Shown here in pieces: positions 19,141-30,862 of a DNA stretch of 64,000 bases; the first letter of the stretch is position 1; every line of letters starts with the position of its first letter. The position numbers and the translations under genes are program-made. The DNA comes from an uncultured Acidobacteriota bacterium (GTDB lineage Bacteria > Acidobacteriota > Vicinamibacteria > Vicinamibacterales > CAVVIG01), in assembly GCA_963724695.1 (NCBI GenBank), contig CAVRVW010000008.1:237290-301289 (forward strand), written 5' to 3'. The notes under the pieces were generated by a model. The model had not been told where the DNA came from. It ran no database searches and saw nothing but the letters and a program-made list of their open reading frames with translations.

Positions 19141-20823
19141 TCAGCGTGCGCCGGCGCCCGTGGGCGGCTCGTCGAGCGGCTCCAGCTTGACGATCGAGGC
19201 CGCGTGATTGCTGCCGACCCAGAAGGTGACCGGGGTCGTCTTGTTGTCGACCCAGACGCGCCGCACGTTGGTGTGGCCGGGCATCAGGTACTCGATGAAC
19301 GTTCCCGCCTTCGGATCGAGCCGGAGGATACGGTCGTTGTACTCGCCCCCGGACCACGCCTCGCCGTTGCGATCGACGGTCACGTCGTAGGGCCATGCGC
19401 CTGGTGTCGGCGTCCATTCCTGGAACGTCTCGGTCCTGGTGTCGAACATGCCGATCTTGTCGGAACGGTTTTCGCCGAACCAGAGGCGATCCTGGCCGTC
19501 CATCATGCCCCGGCGCGGACCCGAGCCCTTCGTCGGCGTCTTGAAGATCCGGATCTCGCCCGTCTTCGCGTCGATCCGGCCGACGTCTTCGGCGCCCATC
19601 GTGAGGAAGTACCCGTTGTTCCGTGAATCCGGCACGACGTCGTACACGTTCGGTCGTGGAATCCTGTAGGGCTCGAAGCGCTCGAACGTGCCCGAAGCGA
19701 TGTCGAGGCGCAGGATGGTGTACGTGCCGGCGTCCTGCAGCCAGACCTTGCCGTCGATGTAGGACCGTTCCGGGCTCACTTGATTGACCTGGACGTGCGG
19801 CCCATTCAGCGCCGGCGGCAGACTCCACGTCTGAAACGTCTCCGTCTTGCGATCGAACTTCGCAATCCCGCCCTGGAACTGCATTCCCAGCCAGGGGTTC
19901 TCGTCGCGGTCGAAGCGCATGCCGAGCATGCCCTTGGGCGCTTCGGGCTTCAGCACGGGAATCGGATACTCGGTCACCTTGCCGGTCTTCGGGTCCATCC
20001 TGCCGAGGATCTGCTCGCCGAAGCTTGCGTACCACACGAGACCCTGCGAGTCGACGATGACGTCGTGGGGTTGTCGCGTGCGGGCCGGAAGGTCGTACTC
20101 CGTGTAGATGACGCGAGTGGCCGCCCCTGTCGGGCGAGGCGCCGCCTTCAGGGCGTACCCCAGTTCAGGGCCCGCGCTCAGGTTGAGGGTTGCAAGATAC
20201 GCCGCCTGGCGGCTCCAGGTTTGCAGTTGCTGTTCGCGGGTTGTCTCGCCGCCGCCGATGCGCGGCGCCGGCGTGCGTTGGGGCATCAACGGCGTTGCCA
20301 GCGGCGGGTAGCCTGCCATGCGCTCGACGACCGGCACAAACCCCGCGGCGTCGTGGCGCGAACGCGCGACGAGTTCCAGCGTATGGCAGTGCGCGCACCC
20401 TCGGATCCCGGCTTTTTGCGCGTCGGTGCCAGGGAAGCTGGCCAGCCACTCGGCGTTCGTCAGCTGGGCGCTGAGATTGTTGGTCTTCTTGAGCGTGAGA
20501 TTGGCCGTCGCTGCGGGCCCGACATCAACGGTCACGCGTGCCGGCGCGCTCAGATCGTATCCCGCGGCGCGAATCCGGAGATCGTACACGCCCGGCTCGA
20601 GGCGCGCCTGCGGAAACTGATACCGCCCGCGAGCATCGCTGACCACCGTCGTCGCGATGGACGCCCCGGTCTTCTTTGCGGTGACGAGGACGCCTTCCAT
20701 GGCGCCCTCCTCAGCGGAAGTCACGAGTCCGCCAAGCGCGACCGAGGTCGAGTGTTGCGCGAGGAGCTGATGGGCCGCGAGCGCGCCCAGAACGGTGGCC
20801 GCCAGGCACAGCGAATGCTTCAT
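19141..20823 (-). CDS. Secreted protein: carboxypeptidase-regulatory-like domain + single CxxCH motif + beta-propeller (virginiamycin B lyase / COG4257-like)
   Basis: Signal peptide MKHSLCLAATVLGALAAHQLLA. GVLVTAKKTGASIATTVVSDARGRYQF (CarboxypepD_reg style). CAHCH. C-terminal repeated D..G.hWh propeller blades. Confidence 0.65.
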   Translation of the reverse strand: MKHSLCLAATVLGALAAHQLLAQHSTSVALGGLVTSAEEGAMEGVLVTAKKTGASIATTVVSDARGRYQFPQARLEPGVYDLRIRAAGYDLSAPARVTVDVGPAATANLTLKKTNNLSAQLTNAEWLASFPGTDAQKAGIRGCAHCHTLELVARSRHDAAGFVPVVERMAGYPPLATPLMPQRTPAPRIGGGETTREQQLQTWSRQAAYLATLNLSAGPELGYALKAAPRPTGAATRVIYTEYDLPARTRQPHDVIVDSQGLVWYASFGEQILGRMDPKTGKVTEYPIPVLKPEAPKGMLGMRFDRDENPWLGMQFQGGIAKFDRKTETFQTWSLPPALNGPHVQVNQVSPERSYIDGKVWLQDAGTYTILRLDIASGTFERFEPYRIPRPNVYDVVPDSRNNGYFLTMGAEDVGRIDAKTGEIRIFKTPTKGSGPRRGMMDGQDRLWFGENRSDKIGMFDTRTETFQEWTPTPGAWPYDVTVDRNGEAWSGGEYNDRILRLDPKAGTFIEYLMPGHTNVRRVWVDNKTTPVTFWVGSNHAASIVKLEPLDEPPTGAGAR

Positions 20824-20950
20824 ACGCCCCCTCGCACGCGCGAGCCTGCGCGCGTGCGTAACCTAGCACCAGGTCACAGGGAGGTCAACGAAATCGCATG
20901 CGCGGATGTGCTGCCCGGCGCCGTCGACACGGGCCGGGCAGCGCCGGCGA

Positions 20951-21634
20951 TTAGTTGGCGGCGAAGCAGTAGAACAGTCCTGCACCGCCGGTGGCGACCA
21001 GGTTGGGCTGGCTGCAGCCGTTGCTCAGATGAACCGCGTTCCACGAGGCGTTTCCGCCTCCGAGCCGGTCGTGGTGGCCGAGCATGGCCCGGCCCTCGGC
21101 GTTGGACGTCCAGTTGTTGCAGGTCGTCGTGTTCGCCGCGCCGAGCATCGCCCGGCCGTGCGAATCCGATCCGGTGAGCATGTCGTGCTCGTTCGGCGTG
21201 TTGCCGATCCCGTTCACCTCTGCACCCTTCTCGTTGAGCGCCGTGGGCTTGCGGATGTTGTTCCGATCGCGCTCGATGTCGCCGTGGAGCTCGGCGACGT
21301 TCCAGGCGATCAGGACGCCCTTGGCGTTGTACCAGGGGCCGCTCCCGATCCGGTCTCGCGCGTTCACGGGCGGCTGCCCGGCGCCGGGGACGGCGCTCAA
21401 GTAGGCGCGCCAGGTCCGGCCGCCTGCGCCGGCGGCTGCAGCGAGCGTCTGGCAGTGCTTGTCGGCACCGGCCAGTCCACCAAGATTTGCGCCGTCACCG
21501 GGACCCACGCTGGTAATGAAGAAGCCCATGGGCTGAGGCGGAGCCTGCGGCGGCTGCTGGGCGACCGCAACGTACGGGACCAACGCGAGCGCGGCCGCGG
21601 CCGCGCCGACCAGGGATCGGAATGTTGTCGTCAT
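20951..21634 (-). CDS. Secreted endostatin-like / DUF1554-like C-type-lectin-fold protein
   Basis: Signal peptide plus a Pro/Gln linker. GLAGADKHCQTLAAAAGAGGRTWRAYLSA, TGSDSHGR, TCNNWTS and LFYCFA line up with the endostatin motifs [43 protein letters not shown] and IVLCIE. Four Cys in equivalent order. Confidence 0.55.
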   Translation of the reverse strand: MTTTFRSLVGAAAAALALVPYVAVAQQPPQAPPQPMGFFITSVGPGDGANLGGLAGADKHCQTLAAAAGAGGRTWRAYLSAVPGAGQPPVNARDRIGSGPWYNAKGVLIAWNVAELHGDIERDRNNIRKPTALNEKGAEVNGIGNTPNEHDMLTGSDSHGRAMLGAANTTTCNNWTSNAEGRAMLGHHDRLGGGNASWNAVHLSNGCSQPNLVATGGAGLFYCFAAN

Positions 21635-21755
21635 GTGTGTCTCCTCTTGTCCCAGGGTTCAATCCGGGGCAGGCACAGTGTAGCCGTGTTTCGGGGCACC
21701 ATATAATGAATGGCTTGGCCGTCCCTGAACCTCTCAACGCGCCGCGGATCTGATC

Positions 21756-23564
<1,809 letters not shown>

Positions 23565-23567
23565 CCC

Positions 23568-24239
23568 ATGGCCGAACCTTTCCGCAAGTCGACGGTCCGC
23601 GAGTATTTCGAGTCGATTGTCATCGCCGTCATCCTGGCGCTGTTCATCCGGACCTTCGTCGTGCAGGCGTTCAAGATCCCCACCGGGTCGATGGAGAACA
23701 ACCTGCTCATCGGCGATCACCTGCTGGTCAACAAGTTCGTGCTCGCGCCGCTGTCATCGGCGGCGGAACGGACGGTGCTGCCGATGGGCGAGATCCACCG
23801 CGGCGACGTCCTCGTCTTCAAGTACCCGGAGGAACCCGAGCGCGATTTCATCAAGCGCGTGATCGGTCTCCCTGGCGAGACCCTCGAAGTGCGGGAGAAG
23901 AAGGTCTATATCAACGGCGCGCCGCTCGAGGAGCCCTATGCCCACTTCCTGCAGCCGCCACAGTCGGGGTCGTCGCTCCATGAAGTGACGTCGTTCGACG
24001 TCCGCGAGCGCTACGGCCCCGTCACGGTCCCCGCCGATCAGTACTTCATGATGGGGGACAACCGCGACAACTCGCAGGACAGCCGCTATTGGGGCTTTCT
24101 GCGGCGCGACTATATCAAGGGACGCGCGCTCGTGATCTATCTATCGCTCGACAGCGGCCCCGACGAGTCCGTGCCTCAGATGTTCCTCAACTTCTTCACG
24201 CACACGCGCTGGCACCGGATGTTCAGACAAATCAGGTGA
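23568..24239 (+). CDS. lepB: Signal peptidase I
   Basis: PTGSMENNLLIGDHLLVNKF (catalytic Ser), GDVLVFKYP, FIKRVIGLPGE (Lys box) and GDNRDNSQDSRYWGF. Lies 3 nt after lepA. Confidence 0.95.
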   Translation: MAEPFRKSTVREYFESIVIAVILALFIRTFVVQAFKIPTGSMENNLLIGDHLLVNKFVLAPLSSAAERTVLPMGEIHRGDVLVFKYPEEPERDFIKRVIGLPGETLEVREKKVYINGAPLEEPYAHFLQPPQSGSSLHEVTSFDVRERYGPVTVPADQYFMMGDNRDNSQDSRYWGFLRRDYIKGRALVIYLSLDSGPDESVPQMFLNFFTHTRWHRMFRQIR

Positions 24240-24243
24240 GGCC

Positions 24244-24609
24244 ATGAAGCTGCTCATAAAGCTCGCCGTCACGGCGCTCATTGCCAGCGCCGTGTGGCGC
24301 CTCGGCACGGCGTACTGGGAGCACTTCGAGTTCAGGGATGCCGTGAGAGAGGCCGCGCTCACACAGGCGCTGGACGACGATGGCCTGCGCGAGCGGATCT
24401 TCGAGTTGGGCGACGACTATGGGCTGGCGCTCGAGGACGGCAGCTTCAGGATCACACGCGACGAGCGCAAGACCGTGGTGGAGGGCGCTTACACGCGGCC
24501 GATCCTGCTCTTTCCAGGATACGAGCACCCGTGGCGGTTCGACTGGGCGATCGAGGGGTTTGTGACCGTTCCGCCCAGGCTCAACGAGATTGGGACCCCT
24601 CGCCGCTGA
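24244..24609 (+). CDS. Hypothetical small membrane-anchored protein
   Basis: 121-aa ORF with one N-terminal TM helix (LLIKLAVTALIASAVW). Tightly follows lepB. No family recognised. Confidence 0.45.
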   Translation: MKLLIKLAVTALIASAVWRLGTAYWEHFEFRDAVREAALTQALDDDGLRERIFELGDDYGLALEDGSFRITRDERKTVVEGAYTRPILLFPGYEHPWRFDWAIEGFVTVPPRLNEIGTPRR

Positions 24610-25183
24610 CGCGGTTCAACGCCGGCCGCCAGCCGGCCTCCGCATCTTCGTGCTCGTGCGACGGGGCCGCGTCTGCCGAGGTCTCGCTGTGGCGCGGGCG
24701 ATGCATCAGGATCTTCTCCTCGCGGTCGCGGGCTTCCTGCTCGCGGACGTACTCCAGGGTGTTGCGCAGGGTCTGTATCGTCGCCTCGATTGAGGTCTCG
24801 ACGTCGCGACGCTTGAGCTTCAGCCCGTCGATCTCGCGCTGCACGTCCTCGAGCCGCGCCTGGGACTTCTGCAGAATCAGGTCGGAGCGCTCCTGCGCCT
24901 CCCGGATCAGGCGGCGCGCCTCGTCCTCCGCGCGTGACGTGATGTCGTCGGCAAGCTTCTGGGCCGCCATCAGGGCGGCCTTGAGCCCGCGCTCGTGCTC
25001 GCGGTGCTCGTTCAGCACCGCTTCCATCCTCGTCAGGTCCGTGCGGAGGCGATCCGCATCGCGGAGCGCCTGTTCGTAGTCGTCGGCCACCGCCATCAGA
25101 AACGACGTGACTTCGATCTTGTCGTAGCCGCGCAAGGCGTTTCTGAAGCGCTGCTGCCGGAGGTCCAGCGGGCTTACGTTCAT
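24581..25183 (-). CDS. DivIVA domain-containing protein
   Basis: MNVSPLDLRQQRFRNALRGYDKIEVTSFLMAVADDYE is the DivIVA N-terminal domain, followed by a coiled coil. Start ATG 25183. Downstream of yggS, as in ylm-type clusters. Confidence 0.85.
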   Translation of the reverse strand: MNVSPLDLRQQRFRNALRGYDKIEVTSFLMAVADDYEQALRDADRLRTDLTRMEAVLNEHREHERGLKAALMAAQKLADDITSRAEDEARRLIREAQERSDLILQKSQARLEDVQREIDGLKLKRRDVETSIEATIQTLRNTLEYVREQEARDREEKILMHRPRHSETSADAAPSHEHEDAEAGWRPALNRVSGEGSQSR

Positions 25184-25280
25184 AGGTTTCTCTCGTCGGA
25201 CTGTCCCCCCCGATGCAGACGAAGGCGGGGCATTCTGCCCTGTGGTATCGGCCTGTGGCTGGATGTGCGATAGGGTGGGG

Positions 25281-25988
25281 TCAAACATACGAGCGCTCCC
25301 CGAAGATGGCGGAGCCCACGCGAACCATCGTGGCCCCTTCCTCGATGGCGACCTCGAAGTCGTGGCTCATCCCCATCGACAGTTCGGCCAGGGCAACAGG
25401 ATCCACGCCGTGTTGGACGAGCTCGTCCCTCAGGGCCACGAGCGAACGGAAGTAAGGGCGGGCCGCCTCCGGCTCGGCGACCGCGGGCGGCAGCACCATC
25501 AGGCCGACAATGCGTGCAGCGCGGCAGTTGGCGCCCGCCTGCAGGAGCGGGAGCAGCGCGCCCCGGCTGGCGCCGTGCTTGGTCGCCTCGCCCGCGAGGT
25601 CGACCTGCACCAGCAGGTCAATCCGGCGTCCGGCGGCCAGCGCCGCCTCGTCCACCCGAGCGACCAGATCGGAGCCGTCCACGGAGTGGATCGCGTCGAA
25701 GCGGGCGCCTGCCCGGCGAGCCTTGTTTGACTGAAGGTGACCGATGAGGTGCCAGCTGAGCTGCAGGTCCGGGATGGCGTCCATCTTGGGGAGCGCTTCC
25801 TGCACCTTGTTCTCTCCGAAATCGACCTGGCCGAAGTCAGCGGCCGCGCGGACGTGATCGGCAGAGAACGTCTTCGAGACGGCGATGAGTCGAACTGACG
25901 CGGGGTCGCGCCCCGCCCGGCCCGTGGCGCGCGCGATCCGATCGCGGACGCCGCCGAGCCGGGCCCGGAGCGCGGCGGAATCGAACAC
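25281..25988 (-). CDS. yggS: YggS-family pyridoxal-phosphate homeostasis protein
   Basis: RLIAVSKTFSADHV (PLP lysine), GENKVQEA, HLIGHLQSNK, LSMGMSHDFEVAIEEGATMVRVGSAIFG. Confidence 0.9.
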   Translation of the reverse strand: MFDSAALRARLGGVRDRIARATGRAGRDPASVRLIAVSKTFSADHVRAAADFGQVDFGENKVQEALPKMDAIPDLQLSWHLIGHLQSNKARRAGARFDAIHSVDGSDLVARVDEAALAAGRRIDLLVQVDLAGEATKHGASRGALLPLLQAGANCRAARIVGLMVLPPAVAEPEAARPYFRSLVALRDELVQHGVDPVALAELSMGMSHDFEVAIEEGATMVRVGSAIFGERSYV

Positions 25989-26963
25989 TTACTTCTTGAG
26001 TTGCGCGACGAGCGACTTCGCCGTGGCCGCGTTGGGGCCGCTCGGCGCGAGCTTGAGATACGTCTCGAACTCGGTGGCCCCGCCGGCCAGGTTGCCTTCG
26101 TTGACGAGCGCCATTCCCAGCTGGTAGTGCGCCTCGGCGTGGTTCGGGTTCGCCGCGACTGCGCCTTCGAAGGACTTCTTAGCCTCCGCGATCTTGCCCG
26201 CATTCCACAGAATGACGCCCTGATTGTAGAGCGCGTCGGCGTTGCCGCTGGCGCCGCCGCTCGCGCCGATCACGCCGGCGAGCTCGGTGGCCTTCGCGCC
26301 AGCCTGTGCCGCGAGGTCGAACTTCCGCTGGGCGTTGTAGACGTTGGCCAGCCCGTTCCACGCCGCCGCATCATCCGGCTTGATCTCGGTGGACTTCTTG
26401 TAGGCGGCCTCGGCCAGCTCGAACTCCTTCTTTTGCGTGTGGCTGAACCCGATGTTGTTGTAGCAGTCGTAGCAGTTCGGGCTGATCAGCACGCCCTGGT
26501 TGAACTTGGCGATCGCCTCGTCGTGCCGGCCGGCATTGCTCGCCGCCACGCCCTCTTCGAACGCCTTCTTCAGCTCTTCGGCTTTCGCCGCGGCTTCCTT
26601 CGTGGCAGACGCCGCCGCCATGCCGAGGACCAGTTTGGCTTCAGCTGGCGAGCCCACGCGGACCGTCACGTTGGCCGGCGCCGAGCCCAGCTTGTCCTTC
26701 TCCGCCGTCAGCGTGTACGGCCCGGAAGCGAGGCCGATCTGGATGAACTCGCCGCGCCGGTTCGTCTTGACCTCGAACTTCCGGGAGGTTCCTCCGGTGG
26801 CCAGGATGACGACCGATGCGCCTTCGACCGGCTGGCCCTTGTCGTCGAGCACCGTGCCCCTGACCATGCCGCCGCCCTGCGCCCAGACGGGCACAGATGC
26901 CGCCAGCACCGCGACAAGAGCCACCATCAGAACCCAAGTAGGCCGACCATATCGGCGGACCAT
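25989..26963 (-). CDS. Secreted carboxypeptidase-regulatory-like domain + TPR repeat protein
   Basis: Start ATG 26963, preceded by AGGAGG at 5 nt. Signal peptide WVLMVALVAVLAASVPVWAQ. GTVLDDKGQPVEGASVVI...NRRGEF, then several TPR units (AWNGLANVYNAQRKFDLA etc.). Confidence 0.75.
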   Translation of the reverse strand: MVRRYGRPTWVLMVALVAVLAASVPVWAQGGGMVRGTVLDDKGQPVEGASVVILATGGTSRKFEVKTNRRGEFIQIGLASGPYTLTAEKDKLGSAPANVTVRVGSPAEAKLVLGMAAASATKEAAAKAEELKKAFEEGVAASNAGRHDEAIAKFNQGVLISPNCYDCYNNIGFSHTQKKEFELAEAAYKKSTEIKPDDAAAWNGLANVYNAQRKFDLAAQAGAKATELAGVIGASGGASGNADALYNQGVILWNAGKIAEAKKSFEGAVAANPNHAEAHYQLGMALVNEGNLAGGATEFETYLKLAPSGPNAATAKSLVAQLKK

Positions 26964-27002
26964 ACGTTCCTCCTGAAATCGTTGATTGAAACCGCTCATA
27001 TC

Positions 27003-29108
27003 TTACACGATAGCCCCGAAGAACCCCTCGACGGCGCCGAGATCGCGGACGACCGGCGCCGGAGGAAGCGAGGCCAGAAAGCGGCGCCCGTAGCCCTTCG
27101 TGCTGAGCCTCGGATCGAGCACCGCGAGCACGCCGCGGTCGCGGCGATGACGGATGAGCCTGCCGAGTCCCTGCTGGAGGGCGAGGATGGCGAGCGGCAC
27201 CTGATACTCGCCGAAGGGCTCGCCCCCGAGGGCGCGAATGGCGTCGATGCGCGCGCTCGTGATGGGATCGCCCGGTGAGGCAAAGGGCAGCTTGTCGACA
27301 ATCACGCAGCTGAGCGCCTCGCCGACCACGTCCACTCCCTGCCAGAAGCTCGAGGTCGCGAAGAGGACCGCGTGGGGCGTTTCCCGAAACTGCTTCAGGA
27401 GCTGGGTCCTCGGCGCCGTGCCCTGCACGAGCATCGGGTAGTCGAGGGCCATCTCCGCGATAGCCTGGACGGACCGGAGGGCGGCGTAGCTCGTGAACAG
27501 CACGAACGCCCGCCCCTTCGTCCGCCGGAGGATCTCGACGACCTCTCGACCGGCTGCCGACAGAAACTCGCTCGACCGCGGATCGGGCATTCGCGCAGGC
27601 AAGTAGAGCAGGGCCTGCGTGGCGAAGTCGAACTCGGAGGCCAGCCTGATCTCGGCGGCCCGGCTGCCGGCAATGCCGAGCCGCGCGCGCACGTACTCGA
27701 ACGTGCCGTCCACGGTCAGCGTGGCCGACGTGAGCACGGTCGTGTGCATGCGGTCGACCAGCAACTCGCGGACGATGGCGGATACGTCGATGGGCGCGGC
27801 ACGGAGGAAGATGCCCTTGCCGCGAAACTCCACGAAATAGACGTACTCGGGATCCCCGGCCTTCAGCAGAAAGCGGACCTCGTCGCGAAGCGTCGCCGCC
27901 CGCCTGGCCAGCGACAGCGCGTCGGTTCCGGCCTGTCCGCCGGAGCCTGTGGCGAAGGCGGACGGGTCTCCTTCAGTAACCTCCGAGATCCTTGGCAGTA
28001 GGGCCAGCGTGGCCTCGACGATGTCGAGGGCGCCGGCGAGGAGCGCGGCGGCGTCGCGGGCCTCGGCGAGCGACGCGTCGGAGGCCCGCACCCGCTCCTC
28101 ACCCCGTGCACGATCGCTCGTCCGGTGGGCAAACGCCACTTCGGTAAAGAACGCGTGCGTGTGCTCGCGAAGCCGGGTTGTCGCCTGTGCGATCTCGTCG
28201 CGATCTTTCGACTGCTCGACGGCGCCCGATCCCGCGAGGCGATCGATGTCCCGGCACAAGTCCTCGAGCCGGTAGTTGCTGACCGAGAACCCGAAGTACT
28301 GGGTGGCGACGTCTTCGAGCTGGTGTGCCTCGTCGATGATGGCGGAGCTGCAGGCCGGGATCACTTCGCCGTAGGCGCTCTGACGAACGGCAGCATCCGC
28401 GCAGAGCAGGTGGTGGTTGACGATGACCACGTCGGACTCGGCCGCGCGCTGGCGCATTCGCGTGACGAAGCAGTCGTCGTAGCGCGGACATTCGCTGCCC
28501 AGGCACGTGTCGGCCGTTGCCGAGACTTCGCTCCAGAAGGGGAGGTCTTCCGGCAGGTCCTCGAGCTCGGCTCTGTCTCCGGTCCCGGTGCGTCCTGCCC
28601 ACTCGCGGATGAGCGGGAGGAACACGCTCTGGCCGATCCGCGGATCCGTGGATCGCGCGTTGTAGCGACCGTAGGCCGGGCCTGGCGGCGCCGCCGCATC
28701 GCCGGTCAACTGGTCGAGCCGATGGAGGCACAGGTAGTTGGCGCGGCCTTTCATGAGAGTGGCCGTGAACGACACGTCGAGGGCGTCGCCGAGCGCCGGA
28801 ATGTCCTTGAAGTAGATCTGCTCCTGGAGGTTGCGGGTGCCGGTCGAGATGAGGATGCGCTGCCGGCTGAGGATGGCCGGGACGAGGTAGGCGAGCGTCT
28901 TGCCCGTGCCCGTGCCCGCCTCGGCGAGGAGCACGCCCCCCTCGTCGAACACCCGTGCCACGGCCAGCGCCATGTCCACCTGGCCGGACCTCGGTTCGAA
29001 GTCCGGCAGCGTCCGCGCCAGCGCGCCGTCAGGGGCGAATGCGGCGGCGACGCGCTCGGCGAGCGGTGTCAGCCCCTGGCGTCCGGATACAGCGGGAACT
29101 TCCGGCAC
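27003..29108 (-). CDS. ATP-dependent DNA helicase, DinG/XPD (Rad3) family with Fe-S cluster cysteines
   Basis: [18 protein letters not shown] (Walker A), [10 protein letters not shown] (DEAH), [14 protein letters not shown] and C-terminal helicase motifs ([17 protein letters not shown]). Start taken as GTG 29108, overlapping the glyA 3' end. The N-terminal 134 codons of the listed 836-aa ORF overlap glyA and are not credible. Confidence 0.8.
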   Translation of the reverse strand: MPEVPAVSGRQGLTPLAERVAAAFAPDGALARTLPDFEPRSGQVDMALAVARVFDEGGVLLAEAGTGTGKTLAYLVPAILSRQRILISTGTRNLQEQIYFKDIPALGDALDVSFTATLMKGRANYLCLHRLDQLTGDAAAPPGPAYGRYNARSTDPRIGQSVFLPLIREWAGRTGTGDRAELEDLPEDLPFWSEVSATADTCLGSECPRYDDCFVTRMRQRAAESDVVIVNHHLLCADAAVRQSAYGEVIPACSSAIIDEAHQLEDVATQYFGFSVSNYRLEDLCRDIDRLAGSGAVEQSKDRDEIAQATTRLREHTHAFFTEVAFAHRTSDRARGEERVRASDASLAEARDAAALLAGALDIVEATLALLPRISEVTEGDPSAFATGSGGQAGTDALSLARRAATLRDEVRFLLKAGDPEYVYFVEFRGKGIFLRAAPIDVSAIVRELLVDRMHTTVLTSATLTVDGTFEYVRARLGIAGSRAAEIRLASEFDFATQALLYLPARMPDPRSSEFLSAAGREVVEILRRTKGRAFVLFTSYAALRSVQAIAEMALDYPMLVQGTAPRTQLLKQFRETPHAVLFATSSFWQGVDVVGEALSCVIVDKLPFASPGDPITSARIDAIRALGGEPFGEYQVPLAILALQQGLGRLIRHRRDRGVLAVLDPRLSTKGYGRRFLASLPPAPVVRDLGAVEGFFGAIV

Positions 29109-30349
29109 AGTGTTTCGACTTCCGCCTTGACCGCGCCGAGCGCGGCCTCGTCGTCGGGCGTCTTGAGAGCCCGTGCGATGAGCTCGGCGACGAGGTCCAT
29201 TTCGGCCTCGCGCATGCCGCGCGTGGTGATGGCCGGAGTGCCGACACGGATGCCGCTTGCGACCATCGGCGGGTTCGTGTCGAAGGGGATGGCGTTCTTG
29301 TTGACCGTGATGCCGGCCTTGCCGAGCGCGGCTTCGGCGACCTTGCCGGTGATGCCCTTCGAGAAGACATCCACGAGCATCAGGTGATTGTCCGTGCCGC
29401 CGCTGACGAGGCGGAAGCCGGCGGCGGAGAGGGCCGCCGCCAGGCGCCTGGCGTTGGCCGCAATCTGCTTCTGGTACTCCGCAAATTCGGGTGCGGCCGC
29501 TTCCTTGAAGCACACGGCCTTCGCCGCGATGATGTGCATCAGCGGGCCGCCCTGCACGCCCGGGAACAGGCTCCGGTCGAGGTCCTTGGCGTACTGCTCC
29601 CGACAGATGACCATGCCGCCCCTGGGCCCGCGCAGCGTCTTGTGCGTGGTGGTCGACACGAAGTCCGAGTGGGGCACGGGGCTCGGGTGGATGCCTCCGG
29701 CCACGAGGCCCGCGATGTGCGCCATGTCGGTGAACACCTTGGCGCCGATGCGGTCCGCCGCGGCGCGGACGCGCGCGAAATCGATCACGCGCGGATACGC
29801 GCTGGCGCCCGCGATGATCATCTTCGGGCGCCGCTCGTCGGCGAGCCGGTCGAGCTCGTCGTAATCGATCCGCTCATCGTCCTGGCGGACGCCGTACGGG
29901 ACGATCGTGTACAGCTGCCCCGAGAAGTTGAGCGGGTGACCGTGCGTGAGGTGGCCGCCGTGCGCCAGGTTCATGCCGAGCACGGTGTCGCCGGGCTTGA
30001 GCAGGGTCATGTACACGGACATGTTGGCCTGCGCACCTGAGTGCGGCTGCACGTTGACATGGTCGCCGCCGAAGAGCGCCTTGGCGCGTGCGATGGCCAG
30101 CCGCTCCGCCACGTCGACGAACTCGCAGCCGCCGTAGTAGCGCTTGCCCGGATACCCTTCGGCGTACTTGTTGGTCAGCACCGAACCGGCGGCCTCGAGC
30201 ACCGCCTGGCTGACGAAGTTCTCCGACGCGATGAGCTCGAGCCCGGTGTTCTGGCGGTGCCGCTCGTCCCGGATCGCCCGAGCGATCTCCGGATCCGTTT
30301 CTGTGAGCGGACGTGAGGTGTGCGCGAGCAAGCCTGAAGTATCGAGCAT
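29069..30349 (-). CDS. glyA: Serine hydroxymethyltransferase
   Basis: 426-aa ORF with [23 protein letters not shown] and [13 protein letters not shown] (PLP lysine). Confidence 0.97.
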   Translation of the reverse strand: MLDTSGLLAHTSRPLTETDPEIARAIRDERHRQNTGLELIASENFVSQAVLEAAGSVLTNKYAEGYPGKRYYGGCEFVDVAERLAIARAKALFGGDHVNVQPHSGAQANMSVYMTLLKPGDTVLGMNLAHGGHLTHGHPLNFSGQLYTIVPYGVRQDDERIDYDELDRLADERRPKMIIAGASAYPRVIDFARVRAAADRIGAKVFTDMAHIAGLVAGGIHPSPVPHSDFVSTTTHKTLRGPRGGMVICREQYAKDLDRSLFPGVQGGPLMHIIAAKAVCFKEAAAPEFAEYQKQIAANARRLAAALSAAGFRLVSGGTDNHLMLVDVFSKGITGKVAEAALGKAGITVNKNAIPFDTNPPMVASGIRVGTPAITTRGMREAEMDLVAELIARALKTPDDEAALGAVKAEVETLCRKFPLYPDARG

Positions 30350-30354
30350 GGACG

Positions 30355-30396
30355 AATTCCTAATCGTAAATCGTAAATTGCAAATCGTAAATTTCT
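30355..30396. repeat. Tandem heptamers AATCGTA x5
   Basis: aatcgta aatcgta aattgca aatcgta aatttct. Makes up essentially the whole 45-nt rpiB-stop to glyA-start spacer. Confidence 0.9.
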
Positions 30397-30835
30397 AACG
30401 CCGCTCCGCCGCCGCGATTTGATCCAGGCGCCGCTGATGTCGGCCGCCTTCGAACGGCGTCGTCAGCCACAGCGCGACGATCTCGTCGGCCAGGCCGGCG
30501 GCCACGATGCGCCCGCCCATCGAGAGGACGTTCGCATCGTTGTGCTCGCGCGACAGGCGCGCCGTGAAGAGGTCGTTGCAGAGGGCGGCGCGGACCCCGG
30601 GCACCTTGTTCGCCGCGATCTGTTCACCCTGCCCGCTGCCCCCGAGCACGATGCCGCGGTCGGCACGGCCCTCGGTGACGGCCCGGCCGACGGCCATGCA
30701 GATGGGCGGATAGTCGGTCGACGCCTCGCTGTCGGTGCCGTGGTCGGCCACCGTGTGTCCCAGCCGTAGGAGGGTGGCTTTGAGATGCTCCTTGAGCAGA
30801 AAGCCGGCATGATCAGCGCCAATCGCGACTCTCAC
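30395..30835 (-). CDS. rpiB: Ribose-5-phosphate isomerase B
   Basis: 146-aa ORF (GTG start). RVAIGADHAGFLLKEHL, GIVLGGSGQGEQIAANK, HNDANVLSMGGR. Confidence 0.92.
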   Translation of the reverse strand: MRVAIGADHAGFLLKEHLKATLLRLGHTVADHGTDSEASTDYPPICMAVGRAVTEGRADRGIVLGGSGQGEQIAANKVPGVRAALCNDLFTARLSREHNDANVLSMGGRIVAAGLADEIVALWLTTPFEGGRHQRRLDQIAAAERR

Positions 30836-30862
30836 GGGACAGCGATTGTACTATGTGACAGC

